Positions 10,052 to 18,389 of a DNA stretch of 64,000 nucleotides are shown here, one piece after another (positions within the stretch are counted from its first letter, which is position 1; each line of letters begins with the position of its first letter). This DNA comes from a virus, in the IMG/VR virus record IMGVR_UViG_3300017992_000019, positions 30,892 through 94,891 of that record. One strand, written 5' to 3'. The position numbers were made by a program, and so were the translations under genes. The notes under the pieces were generated by a model. That model had not been told where the DNA came from, made no database searches, and was given only the letters and a program-made list of their open reading frames with translations.

Positions 10052-10837
10052 ATGCCGGGTATAAAATTCAAGTTGCCGGAGCTCGAGAGTTGGTTCCTTG
10101 CCAACGACGAAACCCTCGAGGAGTTTCAAGGGCAGTTTCCCCCGCAGGATATCGCGCACGAAATCACCGCGGCGTGGGGCGAGGATACGGCACTCAACCG
10201 GCAACACACGATCCTTTCGTTTCTGCACGGCAACGCGGAGACGCTCTCATTCCAGGCGAGGCTTTACGCGCTCGACGCGCTCGACGACGTAACAAAGCGT
10301 TTCAAGATGCTCGTCGGTTGGGTGAAACGAGATCCCGATCTGAAACGACCTCCGATCCTGCAATTCTGGATCGGGAACGCGGCCGTGAGTTTTCGCCGGT
10401 GCATCCTCGAGGCCGTGACCGGGATCGTGTATCACAGTTTCCGAAACGACGGGAGCCCGCGCGATATCGAATTTACCCTCAACTTGCGCGAGTATCACCC
10501 TTATGAGTTTGTGTTTCAGACACCCGGCGAGACAGGTCAAACCCGATACCACCGGGCCCGGTTGCACGATTACTATGAATGGCTCGCGCAACGCGAATAC
10601 CGCGATCCCATGAAAGGGATCCAGATCCGCAACGCGCACCCGGACAAGCCAAACTTGCAACCGGCCGATGTCGTCGTAATGCCGAGCAAGGATAATCTCG
10701 AGACCGGGTCGCCGGCGCCGAGCTCGATCGCATTGTCAACCGCTTTCGGCCGGGCCGACACTCCGCAACGGTCGCTCCGGCTTTCGACATTTGACTCGAG
10801 AAATCGATCTTTCACCTCGTTGATCCAAGGAGTTTGA
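10052..10837 (+). CDS. Tail tube initiator with LysM-like C-terminal domain
   Basis: N-terminal tube-initiator fold pattern 'PPILQFWIG...ILEAV'; 'YEWLAQREYRDP...IRNAHP..NLQPADVVVMP' LysM/gpX-like. Confidence 0.7.
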   Translation: MPGIKFKLPELESWFLANDETLEEFQGQFPPQDIAHEITAAWGEDTALNRQHTILSFLHGNAETLSFQARLYALDALDDVTKRFKMLVGWVKRDPDLKRPPILQFWIGNAAVSFRRCILEAVTGIVYHSFRNDGSPRDIEFTLNLREYHPYEFVFQTPGETGQTRYHRARLHDYYEWLAQREYRDPMKGIQIRNAHPDKPNLQPADVVVMPSKDNLETGSPAPSSIALSTAFGRADTPQRSLRLSTFDSRNRSFTSLIQGV

Positions 10838-10838
10838 A

Positions 10839-12053
10839 GTGCCCGAGCTCGCAATACGACCCGACCCGTCGCCGAATTTCAATATTCGGGTGCAGGGGTA
10901 TAAGCTCGATCAGCGGGTCTTGCAATTTATCAAGACGGTCGAGGTCGAGCGTTCGGATTCGATCGTCGATCAATGCAAAATTTCGATGGTCGATCCCAAC
11001 GGGATCGTTTCGAGCTCGAAAGTGTTTGCACCCGGCAACGAGATCGAGATCGACGTAGGTTGGAAAAACCTGTTGAACGTGGGCCGCTTTATTCTCATGC
11101 CGGCGAAAGTCTCGTTTCCGCTCGACGGAAACCAGACATACGATATCACCGGTTACAGCCGCGACTTTTTTCTCGGCGAGTCTCGGCCGGAGACGGGGAA
11201 CGCGATCCCTCAAAAGAAAGGACAGAAACGAGATCACCCTACGATGTGGGAGGATGCGACGGTCGAGGAGATTCTCGAGTCGATCGCGGAGCGTTGGGGA
11301 TTGACTCTTGAGGTCGACCCGGTGAAAATTCAACCCGGGAATATCATTCAAGGCGCGAAAACAACCGACCTCGAATTTCTGCATATCCTCTCGAATCTTT
11401 CGGGCATGGTTTTCTGGATCGATTATGATCCATACGGTGAGGGGAAAGGGTGGTATCTGCATTTCAGAGACAGCGACAAAGTCTACCAAGAACAGATCCC
11501 GATGAGGAAATACCAGTACAACGCGGGCGACAAGTCGACGCTCCTCAACTTCGAGCCCGACGTTTTGTTTCAATCGCATTGGACTCAACTAAGAGTGCAA
11601 GCGGCAATTCGGCACCCGTTGCTCGGCGTGATCGGGAACGAGGATGTGCTCGTCGCGGTCGATAGCAAGACGGCCGAGGGTTGGGAGATCGCTTATGAGG
11701 GTGAGCTCCTCGAGCAGATACCCGACGACGTCGAGGATCCGTCGGCCGAGGCGGTCAAGATCCTGATCGGTGATTACAGTTTCCGAGTGATCCCCTATCA
11801 GGAGATCAAGAGTCGAGCCGACCTCGAGGTATGGGCGCTCGGTTGGTTTGCTCGCAATCGAAACGAATTCATAGTCGGCAACGGCGCGGTGATCGGGGAT
11901 CCCGAGCTCGACTGTCGGCAAATACATGAGCTCCGCGGTCTCGGCCCGATGTTCGACGGGCGGTATTACTTCTCGAGAGTGCGACACCTCCTCGAGGCCG
12001 ATCGGACTTATCAATGCGAGTTCACCGCTCGCAAGGTGCTTCCGGGGTTATAA
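10839..12053 (+). CDS. Baseplate hub (P2 gpD/late control D-like)
   Basis: 'Q..TTDLEFL..L', 'IGDPEL.....EL.GLG.MFDGRYYFSRVRH' motifs. Confidence 0.85.
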   Translation: MPELAIRPDPSPNFNIRVQGYKLDQRVLQFIKTVEVERSDSIVDQCKISMVDPNGIVSSSKVFAPGNEIEIDVGWKNLLNVGRFILMPAKVSFPLDGNQTYDITGYSRDFFLGESRPETGNAIPQKKGQKRDHPTMWEDATVEEILESIAERWGLTLEVDPVKIQPGNIIQGAKTTDLEFLHILSNLSGMVFWIDYDPYGEGKGWYLHFRDSDKVYQEQIPMRKYQYNAGDKSTLLNFEPDVLFQSHWTQLRVQAAIRHPLLGVIGNEDVLVAVDSKTAEGWEIAYEGELLEQIPDDVEDPSAEAVKILIGDYSFRVIPYQEIKSRADLEVWALGWFARNRNEFIVGNGAVIGDPELDCRQIHELRGLGPMFDGRYYFSRVRHLLEADRTYQCEFTARKVLPGL

Positions 12054-12947
12054 ATGGCACGGTGGGAACGATATCTTGCAAGAGTAGTTGCCAACGACGA
12101 CGAGGCGAAGCGCGGCCGGATCCGGGTTGTGTGTCCCGACTTTACCGGGGATTCCGATAAGCAACTCCCGATCTGGATCGAGCCGGCTTACGATTGGGGT
12201 TGGTTTGTCGTGCCGGACGTCGACGAGCTCGTCGAGATCGAAGTGCTCGAGCAACAGGAAACCGACGACGTCATCGGTCAAAGCTCGGTTGTCAACCCGG
12301 TGATCAAGTGGCGCCAGAAACGCGAGTATCACGTCGAGGAGATCAAAGCAGGGATCGAGAAAGACGTTCCGATTCCACCGACGCCGGTGCATGAGGATTT
12401 CACCGCGAGCAATTACGGCAAGCGGAGAGGATTTGCGACCCCAAACGGTCACGTGCTCATGTTCGACGACACCGAGGGCTCGCAACAGATCAACTTGACA
12501 TGGCACGCGCTCGAGGGAGACGAGGACAAATACTCGTTTCTTTCTTTCCTGCCCGACGGGTCAATCGTGCTCGGCAACAAGAAAGGGTCAATGATCTTTC
12601 TGAACGCCGAGGCCGGCGAGGTGAGCATAATCGACGAGCACGGCAACCTGATCTCGAGCAACGCCGACGGCATGAAAATGATCGACGCGACCGGCAACGT
12701 GATCGAGCTCAAGGATCAAGCGGTGCAAGTGCTCGGGCAAGGTTCGGTCGTGATCAACTGCAAGACGGCGCAACTCAAGGCCGGTGCCGTCGAGCTCGGC
12801 GACGGGGCCGACACTCCGGTCATGAGGGGCGACGATTGGAAACTTTGGGCCGAGAATCACATTCACGCAACCGGAGTCGGGCCGTCGGATAAACCGACGG
12901 TTCCTCCTCCGGCGACGATATTGTCGACGGTGGTCAAAACGAAATGA
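12054..12947 (+). CDS. Baseplate central spike (gp5/gpV/VgrG-like)
   Basis: OB-fold 'DDEAKRGRIRVVCP...WFVVPDVDELVEIE'; 'TPNGHVLMFDDT' beta-helix start; C-terminal HxH (NHIHATGVGPS). Confidence 0.88.
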   Translation: MARWERYLARVVANDDEAKRGRIRVVCPDFTGDSDKQLPIWIEPAYDWGWFVVPDVDELVEIEVLEQQETDDVIGQSSVVNPVIKWRQKREYHVEEIKAGIEKDVPIPPTPVHEDFTASNYGKRRGFATPNGHVLMFDDTEGSQQINLTWHALEGDEDKYSFLSFLPDGSIVLGNKKGSMIFLNAEAGEVSIIDEHGNLISSNADGMKMIDATGNVIELKDQAVQVLGQGSVVINCKTAQLKAGAVELGDGADTPVMRGDDWKLWAENHIHATGVGPSDKPTVPPPATILSTVVKTK

Positions 12948-12956
12948 GCGGAGACC

Positions 12957-13310
12957 ATGACCGAGAGCAAGTGCGCTATACCGGCAATCCCGATTCCGCC
13001 GTTGCCGATCCCGGTGCCTCCGGCGATCCCGGCCGTGCCGGCGATCCCCTCGATCCCCGCGCTCCCGGTTGGGATCCCTCCGATCCCTCTCCCGCCGTTG
13101 CCGATTCCGCCGTTGCCGATCCCGGTGCCTCCGGCCGTACCACCGATCCCGGCGATCCCTTCGATCCCGGTGCTTCCGGTTGGGATCCCTCCGATCCCTC
13201 TCCCACCGTTGCCGATTCCACCGTTGCCAGTTCCGATCCCTCCGGCCGTGCCTCCTATCCCGGCAATACCGGCGATCCCGTTGTTGCCTCCTTGTCCGCT
13301 GGATCCGTGA
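12957..13310 (+). CDS. Pro-rich protein built from a 37-aa repeat
   Basis: GGAG SD and ATG 12957; 111-bp tandem repeat; most differences between units are synonymous or conservative in this frame. Confidence 0.7.
   Translation: MTESKCAIPAIPIPPLPIPVPPAIPAVPAIPSIPALPVGIPPIPLPPLPIPPLPIPVPPAVPPIPAIPSIPVLPVGIPPIPLPPLPIPPLPVPIPPAVPPIPAIPAIPLLPPCPLDP
12990..13290. repeat. 111-bp tandem repeat, about 2.7 copies
   Basis: ccgattcc(g/a)ccgttgcc starts at 12990, 13101 and 13212. Confidence 0.9.
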
Positions 13311-13320
13311 GGAGGTGACC

Positions 13321-13887
13321 GTGCTCGATCAGACAAAGCTCGAGACTGAATTCCGAAAGCTCATGGATCCCGACTACGGCGGGTTCGTGGGTTTCCCACC
13401 GACCAAAGACGACGCCGGCGACGCATTCGCCGACGCATACGACGCCTATGCGACCGACGCGGTCGACGAGAGCGGCGATCCGGTCGTGACCGTCAACAAG
13501 GCAGGCTTTGCCGGCATACTCAAGGCCGGGCTCGGGCCCAACCTCCCGGCCTCGGCGGCGGCGCAAATTTTCGACGATGCTTTCGTCGCATTTTGGACCG
13601 GGGGAATCTTTGCAATCGGAACGCCTCCTCAAGGAATTCCGCCTTGCCCGAATAACCCGTCGACGCCGATGGTCACCGAGGTGTCAAGTCTTGTTTCGAC
13701 GATCACGACCGGGATGCTCAAGGGATTGCTCGAGACGGAATTTGCGATCTTGACCGACAACGGCGCGGCGAAAGCGGCCGCGCTTGCCGGGTGGTTTCAT
13801 GCCGCGACAACGACCGCGATCTTTGTTTTGATCACAGGGGTTGACGGAGTAGGTTCAGGAGTGACTAACCTATGCACGATCACATGA
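13321..13887 (+). CDS. Hypothetical baseplate-region protein
   Basis: AGGAGG SD then GTG 13321; in-frame part of ORF 13069..13887. Confidence 0.6.
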   Translation: MLDQTKLETEFRKLMDPDYGGFVGFPPTKDDAGDAFADAYDAYATDAVDESGDPVVTVNKAGFAGILKAGLGPNLPASAAAQIFDDAFVAFWTGGIFAIGTPPQGIPPCPNNPSTPMVTEVSSLVSTITTGMLKGLLETEFAILTDNGAAKAAALAGWFHAATTTAIFVLITGVDGVGSGVTNLCTIT

Positions 13888-13896
13888 GGTGAGGAA

Positions 13897-14277
13897 ATGC
13901 CGAAGGGTCTAAAATTGCCGGTGGGTGTCGACGCGACGGGCGGGCTTGCGATCGTCGAGAGCGAGGAGCAAAACCAGAACGTGATCTTTTGCGCGCTCGC
14001 CGACTGCGACAACGACAACGCATTTCAGCAAGACCTCGGGATCGGCGCCGACATGATTTTCGATTTGCAAGACGAGCGAGTGAGAGCTCGCATTATCAAC
14101 AGGGTGCTCGACGCTTTCGATACCTTTGAGGCGCAACACCGATTCAAGCTCCGCACCGATTCGATCCGATGGACCGAGGACGGGGAGACCGGCGAGCTCA
14201 AGCTCGAGTTTCTCTACCACGATCTCGAGAGCGACGAGGAGCAAGCGTTCGCCCGGAATTTCCAGTCGACTAAGTAG
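13897..14277 (+). CDS. Baseplate wedge, gp25/gpW-like (sheath initiator)
   Basis: 126 aa; 'LGIGADMIFDLQD...RII' pattern; precedes the J-like gene. Confidence 0.75.
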   Translation: MPKGLKLPVGVDATGGLAIVESEEQNQNVIFCALADCDNDNAFQQDLGIGADMIFDLQDERVRARIINRVLDAFDTFEAQHRFKLRTDSIRWTEDGETGELKLEFLYHDLESDEEQAFARNFQSTK

Positions 14278-14288
14278 GAGGCGAGGCA

Positions 14289-16451
14289 ATGCCAACGACG
14301 ATCACGATCCCCGACTTCGATTTCTCGGGCTTTTATTACGGACAGATTCTCGACGCTCTGATCGACTACAAGCGCCGCAACTTACCCGAGCACACCGACG
14401 AGAGCGAGTATGATGCGCTGATCCAGATCCTCCGAGCGTTCGCACTCGTCGGTCACCTCAACAACGTCTTGATCGATCTCGTTGCCAATGAGTCGACACT
14501 CCCGACGGCAAAGCTCACCGAGACGGTGCGAAACATGCTCCGACTGATCGACTATGAGCTCGCGACCGCGTCGCCGGCGCAAGTCGATCTCGTTTGGGAG
14601 CTCTCGAAAGTCTTTACCACGGCCGCGACGTTGATCAACGAGGGGGCCCAGGCCGCGACCGAGAGGACCGGCACCGAGTCGCCGGTATGGTTTGAGGTGC
14701 TCACCGCGCTCGAGATCGCCCGGTCGGATCAACTCTCAAAAGTGTTCGCCTTGCAGGGCACGACCTACACCGATTACACCGACGAGGCAAATTCCCAAAC
14801 GACGCCGGCCGACGATTGGGATCCGTGGTCGAGCGGTCCGAGCAACGGCGACGCGATCTATTTCGGGCACTCCGATCTCATGTGGGATCAGCTCGGGTTA
14901 TGGCTCACGACTGTCGCGGCCGGGATCAGTGGGGTATGGGAGTATTACGACGGCGAGTATCGAAAGGAAAATCCCTCGAGCGTGAGCGAGGTCGCCGGGC
15001 AACTCGAGTTCGATCTCACAAGTTACCTCGGGAGCTCCAACCGGGCCGGAACGCAGATCAGGATCCAACTCAACGAAACGACGGCATACGAGGACACGAT
15101 CGTTATATGGACCGGCACGATCAACAAGGCCGTGACCAGTTTTCTCGGGCAAGTCACACCGAGCACGGATCCCGAGGATTATTCTGTCGGGTCGGCATGG
15201 GAGGAGCTCGACGATCTCGACGACGGCACCTCGGATCTTACTTCCAACGGCGACGTGACTTTCACCTTGCCGCAAGGTCTCCTTGCCAATTGGCGCAAGA
15301 CGACAGTCAACAACGTCGAGGCATATTGGTTGCGGTATCGCGTGATCGAAGCGTCCGCGGTTACTCTCCCGACGATCCAGTATGCGAGGATCGATCAGGG
15401 GAAGCAATACGCGCTCACGCCGGCGACGCAAGGCCGGTCGATCGTCGAGACGGCGCTCGCGAGCTCCGACGGCGCCGCAAACCAGGAATTCGAGACGACG
15501 AAAGACTACTATGTCAACGGCACAATGGAGGCCGACGTTGACGGGGAGGCGTGGTCACTCGTTGACAATTTTCTGACAAGCACGCCGACGTCGAAACACT
15601 TTCGCGTCGTGATCAGCGGCAACGACCGAGCGACGATCGTGTTCGGCGACGGTGTCAACGGCAGGATCCCACCGGTCGGGGTTGGTAATATCGACGCGAC
15701 CTACCGATACCTACCGAGCGGCAAGACCGACGGCAATGTCGGTTCCGACACGATCACGGTCAACAAGTCGGGCGTGACCTACGTCAACAAGGTTTGGAAT
15801 CCGAGACCCGCGGCCGGGTGGTCGGAGGCCGAGGGCGCCGACGAGGAATCCCTCGAGCGTGCCAAGATTGCCGGGCCGGCGTCTCTCCGCACCGGAACGA
15901 TCGCGGTCGGGCCGGGCGACGTTGAGACCTTGACGAAAAACTACGTCGACGACGACGGGGCCCGGCCGTTTTCGAGAGCGAAAGCGATCGAGGAGGGTTT
16001 CGGGCCCAAGACGATCGAGCTCATTGTCGTCGCCTCGGGAGGAGCACAGGCAACCAATTCGCAGATCGAAAACCTCGAGGAGTATTTCAACGGGAATCAA
16101 TACACGCACCCACCGGTCGAAAAGCATATCGTTGCAAATCAGGAGGTGCGCGTTGTCAATTTCACCGAGAAAGTGATCGACATTGAGGCAACGGTGCACG
16201 GGTTGGTCACGCTCGAGACGATCGAGAATCGTCTCGCGGCCGTATTCCAGCCGGAGGCACTCAAGGCCGACGGGGTTTCGTATGAGTGGGAATTCGGCGA
16301 GGAGGTTCCGACCTCGAGGATCATACATGAGATTTTCGAGGTCTCGGAAAATATCACGCGGGTTGACCTCACGACACCCGCGTCGAACGTCGCACTTCAA
16401 ACCCGGGAGCTCCCGGTTTTGGGAACGCTTACGATCACGATTGTCGAATAG
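14289..16451 (+). CDS. Baseplate wedge protein (gpJ/T4 gp6-like)
   Basis: 'TIVFGDGVNGRIPP', 'GADEESLERAKIAGP.SLRT..AV...D.E.L' motifs. Confidence 0.88.
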   Translation: MPTTITIPDFDFSGFYYGQILDALIDYKRRNLPEHTDESEYDALIQILRAFALVGHLNNVLIDLVANESTLPTAKLTETVRNMLRLIDYELATASPAQVDLVWELSKVFTTAATLINEGAQAATERTGTESPVWFEVLTALEIARSDQLSKVFALQGTTYTDYTDEANSQTTPADDWDPWSSGPSNGDAIYFGHSDLMWDQLGLWLTTVAAGISGVWEYYDGEYRKENPSSVSEVAGQLEFDLTSYLGSSNRAGTQIRIQLNETTAYEDTIVIWTGTINKAVTSFLGQVTPSTDPEDYSVGSAWEELDDLDDGTSDLTSNGDVTFTLPQGLLANWRKTTVNNVEAYWLRYRVIEASAVTLPTIQYARIDQGKQYALTPATQGRSIVETALASSDGAANQEFETTKDYYVNGTMEADVDGEAWSLVDNFLTSTPTSKHFRVVISGNDRATIVFGDGVNGRIPPVGVGNIDATYRYLPSGKTDGNVGSDTITVNKSGVTYVNKVWNPRPAAGWSEAEGADEESLERAKIAGPASLRTGTIAVGPGDVETLTKNYVDDDGARPFSRAKAIEEGFGPKTIELIVVASGGAQATNSQIENLEEYFNGNQYTHPPVEKHIVANQEVRVVNFTEKVIDIEATVHGLVTLETIENRLAAVFQPEALKADGVSYEWEFGEEVPTSRIIHEIFEVSENITRVDLTTPASNVALQTRELPVLGTLTITIVE

Positions 16452-16463
16452 GAGGATCGGTCA

Positions 16464-18359
16464 ATGTCATACAAAGGAAAAGTGTATACGGTGCACAATG
16501 CGGTTGAGCTTGTCGAGACTGTCAAGGATCACCTCGTCGCGTGTGGTTGGTCTCTTGTCGGGCCGAGCACGGATCTCGCGTCGAGGCAGGCGCAAGACGA
16601 CGAGCACGCGCATATCCTCGGGTGGTTTCTGCACTCCGACGGCGAGAGCGGGCAAGACGATATCAATTTGCACGGGCACGTCAATGTCACCCGGTTGTCA
16701 CAACACGTCGGGCCGCTTTTTACGTTCCTCAACGGTGCGATCACCGATCCCGACGCGACGACAATCTCGGTCGACGATGCCTCCGACATTACGGTCGGGG
16801 CGTATATCAAGATCGGGGCCGAGTCGATCTATGTCGGCAACAAGTCGGGCAACGATCTGATCAACTGCATTCGAGGAGCTCTCGGATCGACGAAAGCAAC
16901 TCACTCCGACAACGACGTCGTTTCGATCTTGTACGAAACGGTCAACGGTGAGACGTATCCGGTTTTCGAGCTCTTTGCGTTCCGGGATCTCTCCAACGCG
17001 ATCGCGGCGTCGAGCGGTGCGGTCACTCACACTATGGGGCAGTCGAGCACGACCGGCACCGTTGCCAATATGGGCGGATACGGCGACGACCGGTTCAACT
17101 ACACGACTCTTGTCCGGGTAAATGATCCCGACGGCGGCGGGCCGGGTGTTCCGGGACCGGACCACGGCAAAATGAGGTGGTGTCGAAATTACGTTTCGAC
17201 CGACGGGTCTCTCGCCTATCAGAAGTTTCTTTCTGCACCCGGTGCGGTTGATCTTGATATTGTCTCGGGTGGTTTCTTGCCGTGCATGTCGAGACGTATG
17301 TCGTCCGGGGGATCGAATCACACAAGGCAACTCGGGATTCCGTATCGACCGAGCTCGCCGCGATCGACCTCGGGTTATCCGATCTGGATCTACGGGAGCA
17401 AAGACGGTTTTGTCATGGTCGTGTTGCAGGGATCGGACTACTCCGCGTATTACTACGGGCGTTATGAGCCGTTGGGCGACGCGCTCAAGACCAATGTCAC
17501 CGCGGGGAACGACGTCTCGGCCGGCGCGCTCACCTTGTACGTCGACAACACCGACATTTTTCAAGAGGACGGGTGTTATCGGATCGTCTCGCAAAATTAT
17601 TTAGATTGGGCCGCGAACGAGGATCGCTCGGCGGATACGCTCATGGGTGCGTCGCCGGGCGATTGGGATGATTTCGATGCCGACGAGATCGCGACCGAGC
17701 TTGTGCAAGTCGCGTCGATCAACCCGGGCGCCGGCACGATCACCTTGCACCTCCCGACGATTTACAGTTACAAGGCCGGCGCGGTGATCGGCATGAATCC
17801 CGTTCCGGTCTTGCGACCGTCGTGCGGCGACGGGGCGAGTGCCACAAACCGGGACATGTTTCGATCGGAGGCAAACGGCAAGTGTGTGCATACTCCTTTC
17901 AGGCCGGTTCCCTCGAGTCGGTATCAGTCACTCTCACCGACGCACCGATCGTCGTATCGTTGTTTCGCGGACGAAAGCACTCCTTGGACTCCGAGGACAG
18001 CCCAAGGTGAGATTTACTATCCTTTTTGTTGGGACTCTACGACCTACGAGCCCGCGCATTGGGCCGAAATTTCGAGTGCGAACAGAGAACGGATGCACAA
18101 CCGACTACCGGTGCAACCTTTTGCGTTCTCGAAACACCAAACGACCGGGACAGAGACGAGCACCTACGGGCCCGATTACAACGATTGGAATTCCAGCCTC
18201 GGAACGATCCCGATGATCTATCGGATGCCGTCCTCGTTGAGTGCGGCCGACGAGGACACGGTCAAGTCGACTTTCGAGGGATCGCAAGAGGACTTCCGAG
18301 TTTTCTATCTCGACATTGCGGCGATTTGGGTTGCCGTCGGGCCCGAGATTTGGCCGTAA
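16464..18359 (+). CDS. Putative tail fibre/baseplate-associated protein
   Basis: 'ITDPDATTISVDDAS...IKIGAE.I.....RG.LGST.ATHS' module seen in virion fibre proteins; structural-operon position. Confidence 0.55.
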   Translation: MSYKGKVYTVHNAVELVETVKDHLVACGWSLVGPSTDLASRQAQDDEHAHILGWFLHSDGESGQDDINLHGHVNVTRLSQHVGPLFTFLNGAITDPDATTISVDDASDITVGAYIKIGAESIYVGNKSGNDLINCIRGALGSTKATHSDNDVVSILYETVNGETYPVFELFAFRDLSNAIAASSGAVTHTMGQSSTTGTVANMGGYGDDRFNYTTLVRVNDPDGGGPGVPGPDHGKMRWCRNYVSTDGSLAYQKFLSAPGAVDLDIVSGGFLPCMSRRMSSGGSNHTRQLGIPYRPSSPRSTSGYPIWIYGSKDGFVMVVLQGSDYSAYYYGRYEPLGDALKTNVTAGNDVSAGALTLYVDNTDIFQEDGCYRIVSQNYLDWAANEDRSADTLMGASPGDWDDFDADEIATELVQVASINPGAGTITLHLPTIYSYKAGAVIGMNPVPVLRPSCGDGASATNRDMFRSEANGKCVHTPFRPVPSSRYQSLSPTHRSSYRCFADESTPWTPRTAQGEIYYPFCWDSTTYEPAHWAEISSANRERMHNRLPVQPFAFSKHQTTGTETSTYGPDYNDWNSSLGTIPMIYRMPSSLSAADEDTVKSTFEGSQEDFRVFYLDIAAIWVAVGPEIWP

Positions 18360-18389
18360 GGAGCGTTCCGATCGCGAGGGAGTGAGCTC

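Noticed and set aside
12944-13318. Alternative-frame Asp/Pro/Gly repeat ORF and its antisense ORFs
   Set aside because: Repeat-unit differences are mostly synonymous or conservative in the Pro frame (12957), which also has an SD; the others are shadow frames of the repeat.
2988-16451. Extracellular contractile injection system or tailocin rather than phage
   Set aside because: Neck genes, a long tape measure, lysis genes and a full replication module indicate a complete phage.
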